Source: Planctomycetota bacterium (GTDB taxonomy: Bacteria > Planctomycetota > UBA11346). From it: a stretch of 64,000 nucleotides of DNA. The stretch's first letter is position 1; every line of letters begins with the position of its first letter. The notes under the pieces were generated by a model that was given only the letters and a program-made list of their open reading frames with translations, made no database searches and was not told the DNA's origin. Shown here piece after piece: positions 31,907-42,285 of the stretch. Both the position numbers and the translations under genes were made by a program. The stretch is from the NCBI GenBank assembly GCA_038213805.1, contig JBBQSO010000011.1, positions 24,689 through 88,688 on the forward strand, given 5' to 3'.

Positions 31907-34351
31907 TCAGGGCTTCCCGCCCGGCACGATGGGCGTCTCGCCGACTGCGATCGCATGCACCGCCAGCTTGCCGGTCGCATCCACCAGCTCGAGCGTGAAC
32001 GGCCGGTCGGTGCTGACCGTGATGCGGTCGCCGCCATCGTCGTGGACCTGCAGCAGCGAGATGGTGGCGTCGCCCATCGCCAAGCGCCTGAGGCCGTTGG
32101 TCTCGCCCGGCAGGGGCGTCCAGCGCACCGTGCGGTGCAGTGCATCGGCCTCAATGCCGAGCAGGGTTTCGATCAGCAGCCGGATCGGTCCGCTGATCGA
32201 CCAACTGTAGTCCGGGCCCGACTGGTTGCCGCGTTCCAACTTCTCGCTGCTGTAATTCTCCCAAATTGAACCGCTGGCGTCGAAGACCGCGAGCATCGCC
32301 TCAAGGTGCTTCACCGTCAGCGCGCGTGCCAGGTCGAGGCGGCCGGTGCGTTGGAATCCCTTCGCGACCATGGTCTCGGTCGGAGCCCACACCGAACCCA
32401 GCCAGTAGTTGCCGCCAGGCTTGAAGGATGGCGAATCCGCGGCCAGCGACGGCACCGGGTGCAGGCGCCAGAAGGTCGCCGGATCCATGAGCTGGGCAGC
32501 GAGGAGGGGGACGCGTTCCGCCGGCACGATCCCGGCCCACAGCGGCCAGAAGCCGGTGACCACCTTGTTCGGGTTGTGCTTCCCGTCCGCGAGCGAGGTC
32601 GAATAAAAGTGCATGCCCTCGTCCCACAGGCGGGCATTGCACGCGACGCCGATGGCGTCGTGCTCGCTGCGCCAAGCCTCGGCCTCCGCCGGCAGGTCGA
32701 GCGCGTCAGCGATGATCCCCAAGCTCTCCGCGGCGTGCGCCATCTGTGCGGTGAGGTCGGGATAGCCGTCGCCCAGCGAGGGCGAATTATCGAGGCCGTT
32801 GGCCAGGCCCGTTGTCCAGTAGGTGCCGTCCGGCAGGCGGCGATTCGCGCGCAGCCACGCGTGGTAGGCGGACAGGATCGGATAGACCGTGCGCAGGCGG
32901 GCGAGGTCCCCGGTCTGGCGCGCCAAGGCCAGCTCGGCCACCGCGGGCATCGGCGGATTCGGGCTGAAGTCCGGCTCGTAGAGCAGTGGCAGGCCGTCGG
33001 CGACCGCGCTCTCGCGTGGGATGTAGCCGCCGTCCTGCTGGAATGAGTACAGCATGTCCAGCGTCGCGGTGTGCGGGAAGGCGCGCCATCCGTAGACCGT
33101 GGCCATGGCGGTGAAGCAACTGTCCCACACGAAGACCTCGTTGAGGAAGGTCTTGCGCGCGGTGCCGACGTAGGCGTTGGGCAGGCCGCTTGTAGGTGGT
33201 GCGCTGCGTACCAGCTCAAGCACCATCTGCCACGAGCGCGTGTACAGACGTTGAAAGCCGGCGTAGCGCGCGGGCAGCACCGGCTCGGGCACGGCGGCCA
33301 GCAGCGCATCCACGCCCGGCCACGTCAGGGTGCGGTACTCGCGCTGCGGCGCGTTGCGTCCATGACCTTCGAAGACCGGCATGGCGATGGTGACGTCGCC
33401 GTGCGGGCCGCTGACAATCAGCGGCAGGATCTTCGCGACCTGGCTGGCCGGCTCGGCGCGGGTCTCGAACCCGCCGTCGGCGCGCAGGCGCGGAAGATCA
33501 CCGCGCTGGACGGGCACGTAATGCGGCGCACCCGGCAGCGACGTGGGGCGGTCCAGGTCCGGCGCCTTGCCGGCGGGGGCCGGCGCTTCATTGGCCTTCT
33601 CAGCCACGGGCAGACTCGCGCCAAGCGCGGTCGCGAGCAGCGGCAGCTCTGCGGCAGTCCCCGCCCCGGGCATCGCCCGCATGGTGACTTCCTGGAACGC
33701 CACGCCGTCCTTGCGGAACTGGCCGGCGGGGAAGCGCAGCACACATCCGGGCACCAGCGCGTCCTGCAGCGAGGCGTCGACCGTCAGCACGTCGGGCATG
33801 GCGGTGGCGACCATCGCCAGGACCTCGGCGCGATGGCGCGACGGGCAGTGATCATCGATGCCCTTGGGGTGGATGGAGCGCGCCCCGACCCGGATGGTCA
33901 GCGCCAGTTTCCCTGCCGCGACCGGCAGCAGTAGTGCGATGCGCACGCGGCGCTGGGGATCGCGCCAGGCCAGCGCCTCGTCGACGACCTGCGTGTCCCC
34001 GACCCACGCCGAAAGCGGGCGCGGGCAGTCCATGGCCAGCACCAGTGTTCCGGCGCGCGGGCAGTCCAGCACCAGTCGGCGGCAGGTGTTGTCGCCGCCG
34101 ACCGGCAGGCGCAGGTCGGCGGGCGGCGGCGCCAGGGGCGCCAACGTCGCGGCGGCGGCATCCGCGGCGGGGCCGCTCCAACCGACGATAGTCAGGTCCT
34201 GTTGGCGAGGAGTGGGCCAGGCGATTGGCTGCGCGCTGTCTGCCGCGAGGGCATGCTGGCTGGTGCAGATGCCCAGGATGATCGCGATGTGGAAGAGCGC
34301 TGCCCACGGGGCTGGGCGGGTCGCGGTGTACGTTCCCGGCGATGGATTCAT
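31907..34351 (-). CDS. Secreted (alpha/alpha)6-barrel glycoside hydrolase, GH63/MGH1-like, with a long N-terminal extension
   Basis: FVWDSCF, QQDGGYIPRE, NPP, NGLDNSP, NYWLGSVW, IWENY, YSWS; GGAGA upstream of ATG 34351. Confidence 0.8.
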   Translation of the reverse strand: MNPSPGTYTATRPAPWAALFHIAIILGICTSQHALAADSAQPIAWPTPRQQDLTIVGWSGPAADAAAATLAPLAPPPADLRLPVGGDNTCRRLVLDCPRAGTLVLAMDCPRPLSAWVGDTQVVDEALAWRDPQRRVRIALLLPVAAGKLALTIRVGARSIHPKGIDDHCPSRHRAEVLAMVATAMPDVLTVDASLQDALVPGCVLRFPAGQFRKDGVAFQEVTMRAMPGAGTAAELPLLATALGASLPVAEKANEAPAPAGKAPDLDRPTSLPGAPHYVPVQRGDLPRLRADGGFETRAEPASQVAKILPLIVSGPHGDVTIAMPVFEGHGRNAPQREYRTLTWPGVDALLAAVPEPVLPARYAGFQRLYTRSWQMVLELVRSAPPTSGLPNAYVGTARKTFLNEVFVWDSCFTAMATVYGWRAFPHTATLDMLYSFQQDGGYIPRESAVADGLPLLYEPDFSPNPPMPAVAELALARQTGDLARLRTVYPILSAYHAWLRANRRLPDGTYWTTGLANGLDNSPSLGDGYPDLTAQMAHAAESLGIIADALDLPAEAEAWRSEHDAIGVACNARLWDEGMHFYSTSLADGKHNPNKVVTGFWPLWAGIVPAERVPLLAAQLMDPATFWRLHPVPSLAADSPSFKPGGNYWLGSVWAPTETMVAKGFQRTGRLDLARALTVKHLEAMLAVFDASGSIWENYSSEKLERGNQSGPDYSWSISGPIRLLIETLLGIEADALHRTVRWTPLPGETNGLRRLAMGDATISLLQVHDDGGDRITVSTDRPFTLELVDATGKLAVHAIAVGETPIVPGGKP

Positions 34352-34542
34352 GGCGGTTCTCCAGGATGGAATGGAGCGGAGAGGAGGTGCGAGTCTTGGT
34401 GGTCGGGACGCAATGACAGTGCGCAGCGTCGGCTGTGGAAGTGGGCGCCTCAATGCCCAGTGGGCCGCTCTCCGAGCATTTCCGGAATGCGCGACGCTGG
34501 CGCTTCCAGCAGGTCCTCGGTCCACTGGCTTCCGGCGTTCCA

Positions 34543-35844
34543 TCATACCCGCCGCACCGCCACCAAACGGTACGGCCGGCCTTCCGGAAATCCGCTCAGC
34601 AGCGGAACATCCGCACCGAGCTGAGGCGCCGCTTCGGAAGCCAGCCCGACTCCGGCCCCAATGCCCGCTTCTGCAACCGCCGCCGCGAGATCGTACGGCT
34701 TCCCACCCAGCGTATTGCAGCACGCCACCAGCAGCCCACCCGGTGCCAGGCGTCGGCAGGCCAGCGTCAGCACTTCGGGATAGTCCCGCCGCAGAATCCA
34801 TCCGCCGCCACCCTGCGCAGAGGTCGGTGGATCGCAGATGATGAGGTCGTAGTCATCGCGGTCCTGCGCCAGCAGGGCGCGGCAGTCGCCGTGCAGCACG
34901 CGGTGGCGGTCGGCGACGCCGTTGAGCGCTGCAGCTTCCCCGGCGCGCACCAGCGCGGGCGCCGACAGATCGCTGTCGACCGCGCTGGCGGCGCCCGCTG
35001 CGAGCAGGCTGATCGAGAAGGCGCCGGTGTAGGCGAAGAGGTTGAGCACCCGCCTGCCCGGGGCCTGCGCGCGCAGCCACACGCGTGTGGCGCGCTGGTC
35101 GACGTAGAGCCCGGTGGCCAGGCCGGCGAACGGTCGCAGCGGAAAGCGCACGCCGAGTTCACGGGCGACGACCACGGTCTCGGGGTCCACGGCACCGCCG
35201 TCGACGCGCCGGGTGCTCACCTCTTCGCGACGCAGATCGTCGAGGTGGTCGCGCACCACCACGGTCGCGCCGGGCATGCGCTCCGCGAGCCAGGCGCAGG
35301 CCGCCGCCACGTGCGGCGCCGCGCAGGCCGCCAGCACCAGCACCACCACCACGTCGCCATAGCGCTCGACGCGCAGGCCGGGCAGGAAGTCGCCCTCGCC
35401 GTGCACCAGCCGATAGCAGTCGGTGGTTGTGTCCGCGTGCAGGGCGGCGCGGCGTTCCCAGGCGCGCGTCAGGGCGGCGGCGACGTCGAAGCGCGCGTCG
35501 GGTTTGCGGTGGAAGACGCGCGCGCAGACCTCGGCCTGCGGATCGGCGAGCGCGGCGGCGAGCGGCGTACCGCGCTCGTCGATGAGCGTGACCACATCGC
35601 CGGCGGAGAGCCCGGCCAGGCCGCGTGTGAAGCGATCGGGCCGCACCCAGGGATGGCCGGCATCAAGGAAGCGCGCCGTGGTGCGCGAGACCGTCACCAG
35701 CGGCCGGCCGCCGGTCGCACGCTGCTGGGCGACCACGCGTGCCCGCGCCGCGGCATCGGCGGCCGGCGCATGGGCGCCCGCGCGGGGACCGCGCGGGGCG
35801 CCGCGATCATCCTGGCGCCGGCCGTCGGCCGGCGGCCGGGTCAT
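34543..35844 (-). CDS. RlmI/RlmK-like SAM-dependent rRNA methyltransferase
   Basis: GHPWV, YRLVHGEGDFLPGL, TGLYVDQR, VLNLFAYTGAFS, DPP; ATGA overlap with hisI. Confidence 0.85.
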   Translation of the reverse strand: MTRPPADGRRQDDRGAPRGPRAGAHAPAADAAARARVVAQQRATGGRPLVTVSRTTARFLDAGHPWVRPDRFTRGLAGLSAGDVVTLIDERGTPLAAALADPQAEVCARVFHRKPDARFDVAAALTRAWERRAALHADTTTDCYRLVHGEGDFLPGLRVERYGDVVVVLVLAACAAPHVAAACAWLAERMPGATVVVRDHLDDLRREEVSTRRVDGGAVDPETVVVARELGVRFPLRPFAGLATGLYVDQRATRVWLRAQAPGRRVLNLFAYTGAFSISLLAAGAASAVDSDLSAPALVRAGEAAALNGVADRHRVLHGDCRALLAQDRDDYDLIICDPPTSAQGGGGWILRRDYPEVLTLACRRLAPGGLLVACCNTLGGKPYDLAAAVAEAGIGAGVGLASEAAPQLGADVPLLSGFPEGRPYRLVAVRRV

Positions 35845-36233
35845 GCGATCACCGGTTTGTCGCAGTGCACGCTGCCATCGCGGTCGATGCGGTTCGCGAA
35901 GCAGCTGCGCCGCAGCTGGTGGCAGGCGGGCCCCGGGGCATCGACGCGGTAGAGCACCACGTCGCCGTCGCAGTCGGTGCGCACCTCCAGCACGCGCTGT
36001 TTGTAGCCGCTGGTCTCGCCCTTCACCCACAGCCCACCGCGGCTGCGGCTGTAATAGGTGGCGACGCCGGTGGCCAGGGTCTGGGCCAGGGCCTGGCGAT
36101 CGGCGTAGGCGAACATCAGCACCTCGCCGCTATCATGCTGCTGCGCGATCACCGGGACCAGGCCCTGGGCATCCCAGCGCAGCAGCGCGAAGGCCTCGTC
36201 CGGGCGTTCCTGGGGGGTGATGTCGGCGGGCAT
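35841..36233 (-). CDS. hisI: Phosphoribosyl-AMP cyclohydrolase
   Basis: YYSRSR..LWVKGETSG, DCDGD, ACH...SCF. Confidence 0.95.
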   Translation of the reverse strand: MPADITPQERPDEAFALLRWDAQGLVPVIAQQHDSGEVLMFAYADRQALAQTLATGVATYYSRSRGGLWVKGETSGYKQRVLEVRTDCDGDVVLYRVDAPGPACHQLRRSCFANRIDRDGSVHCDKPVIA

Positions 36234-36387
36234 GGCGGGGGTCGCTGCGGGAAGGGGGTGGGTGCGGTGGCTGGACAGGGTGGGGCCGGGCCTAGCATCA
36301 TCGGGCCTGGCCACCGCCGGGCCCTGCCGCTGCTCCAGCGTCCGGTCGTCCGCGCACCGTCAACACCCTTCCGCGAATCCCCCGATC

Positions 36388-37833
36388 ATGACCGAGTTCG
36401 AGCCCGTCATCGGCCTGGAAGTCCACTGCCAGATGAAGACCGCCACCAAGATGTTCTCGGGGGCGACCACGGTCTTCGGCCGCGAACCGAACAGCCAGGT
36501 CGACCCGGTGTCGCTCGGTCTGCCCGGCGCGTTGCCGGTGATCAACGGCCACGCGGTCGAACTCGCGGTCAAGGCCGCCCTCGCCCTGGGTGGCCGCGTC
36601 CAGGAGCACAGCAAGTTCGACCGTAAGCACTACTTCTATCCGGACCTGCCCAAGGGCTACCAGATCAGCCAATTCGACGAGCCTTATTGTCTCGGCGGCA
36701 CGGTCCTGATCGAACTCGCCGACGGCCGCGAGAAAGTCATCGGCTTGACCCGCATCCACATGGAGGAGGACGCCGGCAAGCTCATCCACCAGGATCATGG
36801 CGGCTATTCCGAGGTCGACCTCAACCGTGCCGGCGTGCCGCTGATCGAGATCGTCTCGAATCCCGAGCTGCGCTCCTCGGCCGAGGCCTATGCCTACCTG
36901 ATGGAGCTCAAGCGCGCCCTCAAGTGGGTCGGCGTCTCCGATTGCGAGATGCAGGAGGGCTCGCTGCGCTGCGACGCCAACGTCTCGGTGCGCCCGGTCG
37001 GTCAGGACAAGTTCGGCACCCGCGTCGAGATCAAGAACCTCAACTCGTTCCGCGCTGTCGAAGCCGCCATCGACAACGAGATCAAGACCCAGGTGGCGTT
37101 GATCCGCGCCGGGCGTGGCGCAGAGATCAAGCAGCAGACCAAGCTCTGGGACCCCGACCAGAAGACCACCCGCCTGATGCGCACGAAGGAGGACGCGGCC
37201 GACTACCGCTACTTCCCCGAGCCCGACCTGCCGCCGCTGCACATCACCGCCGCGCGCCTAGCCGAGATCCGCGCCACCATGCCCGAACTGCCGCGCGTGC
37301 GCGAGGAGCGTTTCGTGGCGGTTCTCGGCCTGGAGCGCGCCGTGGCGCGCGAACTCACCGCCGAGGCGTCGATCGCCGACTACTTCGAGGCGGTCATCGC
37401 CGCCGGCGCCAAGCCCAAGCTCGCCGCCAACTGGACGCGCGAAGAGGCTCTACGCCTGGCCAACGAGCGTCACGAGGCGCTCACCATCGCCGCCCCGGTG
37501 GCGACCATGGCGAAGCTGATCGAGCTGGTCGATGCCGGCAAGGTCGCGCGCGTCGAGGCCAAGATGGAGACCACCGACCTGTTCGCTTCCAAGGAGGACC
37601 CCGAGGCCTACTTCACGCGCAAGGGCAAGATCCTGGTCCAGGACGCGGGCGCGCTCAGCCAGTGGGTGGCCCAGGCCATCGCCCAGGAGCCGAAAGTGGT
37701 CGCCGACATCCAGGGTGGCAAGCTCGCCGCGCTCGGCCGTCTGGTCGGCGTCACCATGAAGCTGTCCGGCGGCAAGACCGAGCCCAACCTGGTCAAGGCC
37801 GAGCTGGTGAAGCAGCTCGGGATCCAGGGCTGA
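36388..37833 (+). CDS. gatB: Asp-tRNA(Asn)/Glu-tRNA(Gln) amidotransferase subunit B
   Basis: VIGLEVH, FDRKHYFYPDLPKGYQISQ, HMEEDAGK, RCDANVS, EIKNLNS, YRYFPEPDL. Confidence 0.97.
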   Translation: MTEFEPVIGLEVHCQMKTATKMFSGATTVFGREPNSQVDPVSLGLPGALPVINGHAVELAVKAALALGGRVQEHSKFDRKHYFYPDLPKGYQISQFDEPYCLGGTVLIELADGREKVIGLTRIHMEEDAGKLIHQDHGGYSEVDLNRAGVPLIEIVSNPELRSSAEAYAYLMELKRALKWVGVSDCEMQEGSLRCDANVSVRPVGQDKFGTRVEIKNLNSFRAVEAAIDNEIKTQVALIRAGRGAEIKQQTKLWDPDQKTTRLMRTKEDAADYRYFPEPDLPPLHITAARLAEIRATMPELPRVREERFVAVLGLERAVARELTAEASIADYFEAVIAAGAKPKLAANWTREEALRLANERHEALTIAAPVATMAKLIELVDAGKVARVEAKMETTDLFASKEDPEAYFTRKGKILVQDAGALSQWVAQAIAQEPKVVADIQGGKLAALGRLVGVTMKLSGGKTEPNLVKAELVKQLGIQG

Positions 37834-37843
37834 GCCGCGCCAC

Positions 37844-38749
37844 GTGAGCGGTCAGCGCTACCTGATCATCGCCAACAAGACTGGCCAGCTCGGCAACCGC
37901 CTGGTGGTGTATGCGCACATGCTGGGCGCGGCGCGCGAGCGCGGCTGGACCGTGCTCAATCCGTCGTTCGGTGAATACGCGGACCACTTCACCGGCACGC
38001 GCGGGCGCCTGGCCACCCAGCACGCGGAGCCGTTGATCAATCCGCCGCGTCTCGGCACGGTCGAACGCGAGCATTTCTACCGCCTCAACCGCGCCGGCTA
38101 CAAGCTGGCACGCACCCTCCACCACCTGCCGTTCGGCGGCATCGGCTGGGCGCGGGCGCGCGAGGTCCTGCACTACGACCTTGAAGAGCTGCTCAACCGC
38201 GCGGACGCGCGCGGCTGGCGCTGGCTGTTCACCCAGAACTACCATTTCCGCCAGCACGCCTGGTGCGCCCGGCACGCCCAGCACATCCGCCGCGTATTCA
38301 CCCCGGTGGAGCCGCACCGCAGCGCCGGTGAAGCAGCGGTCGCCCGCGCCCGTGCACGCGGCGACGTGGTGGTCGGCGTGCACATCCGCCACGGCGACTA
38401 CCGCCAGCACCTCGGTGGCCGCTTCTTCTACGAACTGCCGATCTACGCCGATCTCATGCGCCAGCTGGCCGCCGCCCTGGCGCCGCGCCGCGCGGTCTTC
38501 CTGGTCTGCTCCAATGCGGCCTACGGCCCTGAGGACTTCGCCGGCCTCGTGATCGCGCCCGGTCCAGGCCACATGGTCGCCGATCTGCACGCGCTCTCGC
38601 GCTGCGACCAGGTCTTCGGGCCACCCAGCTCGTTCAGTGCGTGGGCGGCCTTCCACGGCCAGGTGCCGTACCGGATGATCGAGGACCCCGCCGAGCCGAT
38701 CGGCTCGCGGGATTTCGTCATTCCGGTATCGCCGGATCCGAAATACTGA
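37844..38749 (+). CDS. GT11-like alpha-1,2-fucosyltransferase
   Basis: GQLGN, GVHIRHGDY, SSFSAWAA. Confidence 0.8.
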   Translation: MSGQRYLIIANKTGQLGNRLVVYAHMLGAARERGWTVLNPSFGEYADHFTGTRGRLATQHAEPLINPPRLGTVEREHFYRLNRAGYKLARTLHHLPFGGIGWARAREVLHYDLEELLNRADARGWRWLFTQNYHFRQHAWCARHAQHIRRVFTPVEPHRSAGEAAVARARARGDVVVGVHIRHGDYRQHLGGRFFYELPIYADLMRQLAAALAPRRAVFLVCSNAAYGPEDFAGLVIAPGPGHMVADLHALSRCDQVFGPPSSFSAWAAFHGQVPYRMIEDPAEPIGSRDFVIPVSPDPKY

Positions 38750-38782
38750 GGAGCGGGGCGCGTCCTGGTCGCTTCCCGGCGC

Positions 38783-39553
38783 TCAGTAGCGGAAAATGCG
38801 CCGCTTGAGCGCGAAGCGTAGACGCTTGCTGAGGCTGACGCGCAGAGCGCGATTCATGGTCCCGCTCACACCACAGAGCAGCGGCGGCGCCGGCGGCAGA
38901 TTCCAGGTCAGGCCCTGGGCCAGGGCGCTGCCAGTGGCGCGCGCCAGGGCGTGCTCAAAGAAGACGCTGCGGGCGTCGTCGATGACCTCCAGCTGCGGCA
39001 CAAGGTGATCAGCGAAAAATCGCGGGGTGCCGGCGAACCAGCTTGAATCTCCGACTCGTAGGCCGTCGCGCAGGTCGCAGGCGACGTCCGGACGCGGCGT
39101 CGCGGCAGCGACCGCCTTCACCAGGCGCGCGGCGTTCGTCACGAAATAGCGGCCAGTGCACTTAAATACGTGCGAGGCTTCCCCAATCAGCCTTGAATGC
39201 GCGAGTGCGAACGCAATGGTGCGCATCTCTCCGTAACCCTTCCCGCGCGCGCGCGGGAAGTCCTGCCCGGGCCAGCAAATGATCTCGACGTCAACTCCGC
39301 GCGCAGCGGCGGCCGCCCGCTGCGCGGCGAAGGCGGAGGGGTCCCAGCCAGAATTCTCGCACAGCACGATCGAACGAAACTGACCGCAGCTGACCCAGCG
39401 ATCAAGCGACTCGCGATAATCGTCGAGACGTACTCTGGGATCGTGGCGCGCGGTGTGGGCGACGCCGCTGACATCGACAGCAGCGGTGAGAAGCAGCACC
39501 GGCAACCAGTCCCTGCCTGCGCCGCGTGCGACACTTGCAGATGCAGAGTTCAT
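38783..39553 (-). CDS. Conserved hypothetical protein of a type seen in polysaccharide loci (GKGYGE motif)
   Basis: LLLTAAVD, RLDDY, ENSG, GKGYGE, KCTGRY, FFEH; more AT-ending codons than its neighbours. Confidence 0.6.
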   Translation of the reverse strand: MNSASASVARGAGRDWLPVLLLTAAVDVSGVAHTARHDPRVRLDDYRESLDRWVSCGQFRSIVLCENSGWDPSAFAAQRAAAAARGVDVEIICWPGQDFPRARGKGYGEMRTIAFALAHSRLIGEASHVFKCTGRYFVTNAARLVKAVAAATPRPDVACDLRDGLRVGDSSWFAGTPRFFADHLVPQLEVIDDARSVFFEHALARATGSALAQGLTWNLPPAPPLLCGVSGTMNRALRVSLSKRLRFALKRRIFRY

Positions 39554-39815
39554 GGACGGCTTCCCGCTCGTGTGGATTCGCACGTTCGTGTCATGTCCAG
39601 GCTCGTGGCATCCGGGTGAACGTTCCCATGCCCATGTCGGCCGGCAAGGATGAAGTCCCGGGTAGGTCGCGGCGCCGCGTATGGCCGTCGTGGCGCGGGT
39701 GGCGCAAGGGCGGCCAAGTGCAAAAGGGGCCACGCCGGCAGTCCGTAGGGTGCTCACGCCACAGCGTCGACTGGGAGCAGGGCGACGGTGGTCGGAGTGC
39801 AATTTCGCCCAGGCC

Positions 39816-39844
39816 TTGCCGTCGGCGTCGCTCCCGGCTACCCT
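39816..39844 (+). promoter_or_regulatory. Sigma70-type promoter, leaderless architecture
   Basis: TTGCCG-17 nt-TACCCT-7 nt-ATG(39852). Confidence 0.6.
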
Positions 39845-39851
39845 CCCCGCC

Positions 39852-41027
39852 ATGCGCCCGGTCTCCCAGCTCGAAATGCGCGTCGGCCTGCTCATCGTCG
39901 CCGGTCTGGTGGCGACGGTGGTGATGATCCTGGCGGCCGACCATCTGCACTTCGAGCGCGTCTACCGCGTCTCGGCCATCGTCGTGGACGCCGGCGGCCT
40001 GCGCGCGCACTCGCCGGTGACGCTCTCCGGCATCCGCATCGGCGAGGTCGAGAGCCTGGCGGCGATCAGCGATCCGCGCGGCTCGGTGCGGGTGCGCTTC
40101 AAGGTCAACCAGGAATACCCCATCCCGGTCGAAAGCGGCCTGACCATCTCGTCGAGCGGCATCTTCGGCGACAGCTTCCTGGCCTTCGCCGGCCCGCTGC
40201 CCGGCGCCAAGCCCTCGGGGCGCACCCTGGCGACGGATGGCAGCGCCGAGGTCACCGCCGGCAAGGGCTTCATCGACAAGGTCGGCGGCCAAGCCGAGCA
40301 GATCATGACCGCAGCCGGCGATCTGCTCGACAAGCCGATGCGCGACGACGTCAAGCGCCTGATCCGCAACTCCGCCGACCTCGCCGCCGCCGGCACCACC
40401 CTGGCCGAGGGTCTCCAGCAGCAGAACCAGCGCATCGCCGACGCGCTAGACGGCATCCGGCGCCTGACCGACGAGCTGCATGCCACCACCGCGACGCTGA
40501 GCACGCGCACCCAGGCGACCATGGATCATCTTGATGCGACGCTCGCCGCCATCGACAGGCAGGTCGGCAGCCTCGGCGCGGCCGGCACCGCGACGCTCGG
40601 CCGCATCGATGCGCTCGCCACACGCGGCACGCAGCTCCTCGACGCCAACGCTGCCGACCTCAACGCCACCCTGGCGAGCGTGCGCCAGCTCAGCGAGCAG
40701 GCCGGGCGGGTCGCGGGCGCGCTCGCCTCCGGCCAGGGGGTCATCGGCCAGCTGCTGCTGAGCAAGGACCTGGTCAAGGACCTCAATGACACCGCCATCG
40801 ACCTGAGCCGCACCGCCAACCTGGTGTCCGAACACCCCGAGGTGCTGGTCTTCGGCGCCACCAAGGAGGAGACCGCCGCCCTGCGCGCGCGCCGCGAGCG
40901 CGAGAAGTTGCGCCGCGCCTTCCAGGAGGACTACGTGCCCAATCCGCTGCTGCTGCAGACCGCACCGGTGGAGAAGCCGGATGGCAAGCCGCGTGAGAAG
41001 AAGTCGGAGGCTGATCCGGCGCGCTGA
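39852..41027 (+). CDS. mlaD: MlaD/MCE-family protein with a long coiled-coil
   Basis: EMRVGL + TM; DAGGLRAHSPVTLSGIRIGEV; SGIFGD; GQGVIGQLL. Confidence 0.85.
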   Translation: MRPVSQLEMRVGLLIVAGLVATVVMILAADHLHFERVYRVSAIVVDAGGLRAHSPVTLSGIRIGEVESLAAISDPRGSVRVRFKVNQEYPIPVESGLTISSSGIFGDSFLAFAGPLPGAKPSGRTLATDGSAEVTAGKGFIDKVGGQAEQIMTAAGDLLDKPMRDDVKRLIRNSADLAAAGTTLAEGLQQQNQRIADALDGIRRLTDELHATTATLSTRTQATMDHLDATLAAIDRQVGSLGAAGTATLGRIDALATRGTQLLDANAADLNATLASVRQLSEQAGRVAGALASGQGVIGQLLLSKDLVKDLNDTAIDLSRTANLVSEHPEVLVFGATKEETAALRARREREKLRRAFQEDYVPNPLLLQTAPVEKPDGKPREKKSEADPAR

Positions 41028-41181
41028 TGGCTTGGGCGTCATCCTGCTTTTGCGCGCAGCCCCGGATCGGGCAGTGGACCGATAGAAGCGCGGGTGGCGC
41101 TCTGGACAGGTCGCCTCATCGGCTCCGCTACTCCGCGGCATGAGCGCGATGTCCAGCCCAGGGTCTGGCATCTCCGCAAGA

Positions 41182-42189
41182 CTAGCCCTTGCCGACCTCG
41201 AACCCGCGTTCGACCAGATCCTGCAGATCGAGCAGCCCGACCAGCTTCCCGTCGTCATCGACTACTGGCAGCTCGTTGATCTTGCGTTCGGCGCAGATGT
41301 GCAGCGCCGCCTGCAGCAGGTCGCCCGCGCGCACCATCCGGCAGGGCATGGTGGCGTGTGCGTCGACGCGCGCGGCCAGCACCGCGGCGGGATCACCGGC
41401 GCGGGTCAGCACACGGCGCAGGTCGCCATCGGTGAAGATGCCCAGCAGCCTGTTCTGCTCGTCCACCAGCACCACGCTGCCGGCGCGCGCGCGGGTGATG
41501 GCGCGCAGGCAGTCGAGCACGCTGGTCGCGGGCGCCACCGCCGGCACGCGCTCGCCCGCGCGCATCGCTTCGCGCGTGGTCATCAGCTTGCGGCCGAGCG
41601 CGCCGCCGGGATGGAAGCGCGCGTACTGCTCGGCGGTGAAGCGGCGCTGACCCTGCACGGTCAGCGCCAGCGCGTCGCCGAGTGCAAGCATGGCGGTGGT
41701 GCTGGTGCTCGGCGCCAGCCCGAGCGGACACGCCTCGAGCACCGCGCCGATGCAGAGGGTGACCGCGGCGTGGCGCCCGAGGGGGGAGGCGCGATTGCCG
41801 ACGATGGCGACCACGCAGACACCAATCAGGCTGAGGCTGGGCAGCAGCGCGACCAGCTCCTCGCTCGAACCGCTGTTGCTGAGCGCCAGCACCACGTCGG
41901 TCTCCTGGACCATGCCCAGGTCCCCGTGGCGGGCCTCGGCGGGGTGCAGGAACAGTGCCGGCGTGCCAGTGCTGGCGAAGGTCGCCGCGAGTTTACGCCC
42001 GATCAGCCCGGCCTTGCCCACACCGGTCACCACCAGGCGCCCCGGACGCCCGTCGCCGCAGCGCGTGCGGATCAGCGCGCACGCCTCCTCCAGCGCCTCG
42101 CCCTGCTCGCTGCAGGTCTCGGCCAACCGGCCGACCGCGGCTGCCTCCGTAGCAAGGATGTGGCGGATGCTGGAGACGGCGTCGCTCAT
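41182..42189 (-). CDS. kdsD: Arabinose-5-phosphate isomerase (KdsD/KpsF/GutQ; SIS + CBS)
   Basis: GVGKAG..KLAATFASTGTP, HPAEARHGDLG, APSTST, FHPGGALG, GIFTDGDLRR. Confidence 0.93.
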   Translation of the reverse strand: MSDAVSSIRHILATEAAAVGRLAETCSEQGEALEEACALIRTRCGDGRPGRLVVTGVGKAGLIGRKLAATFASTGTPALFLHPAEARHGDLGMVQETDVVLALSNSGSSEELVALLPSLSLIGVCVVAIVGNRASPLGRHAAVTLCIGAVLEACPLGLAPSTSTTAMLALGDALALTVQGQRRFTAEQYARFHPGGALGRKLMTTREAMRAGERVPAVAPATSVLDCLRAITRARAGSVVLVDEQNRLLGIFTDGDLRRVLTRAGDPAAVLAARVDAHATMPCRMVRAGDLLQAALHICAERKINELPVVDDDGKLVGLLDLQDLVERGFEVGKG

Positions 42190-42264
42190 GCGCGGAGTCT
42201 CACCCGCCTGGGGCGCGCTACAATCCTCGTGGTCGATTCACGCTTTCGGGGCAGGAGCGAGGTG

Positions 42265-42285
42265 GTCTAGCGTCTAGCGTCTAGC
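42265..42285. repeat. Tandem heptamer (GTCTAGC)x3
   Basis: Three perfect copies in the divergent intergenic region. Confidence 0.85.
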
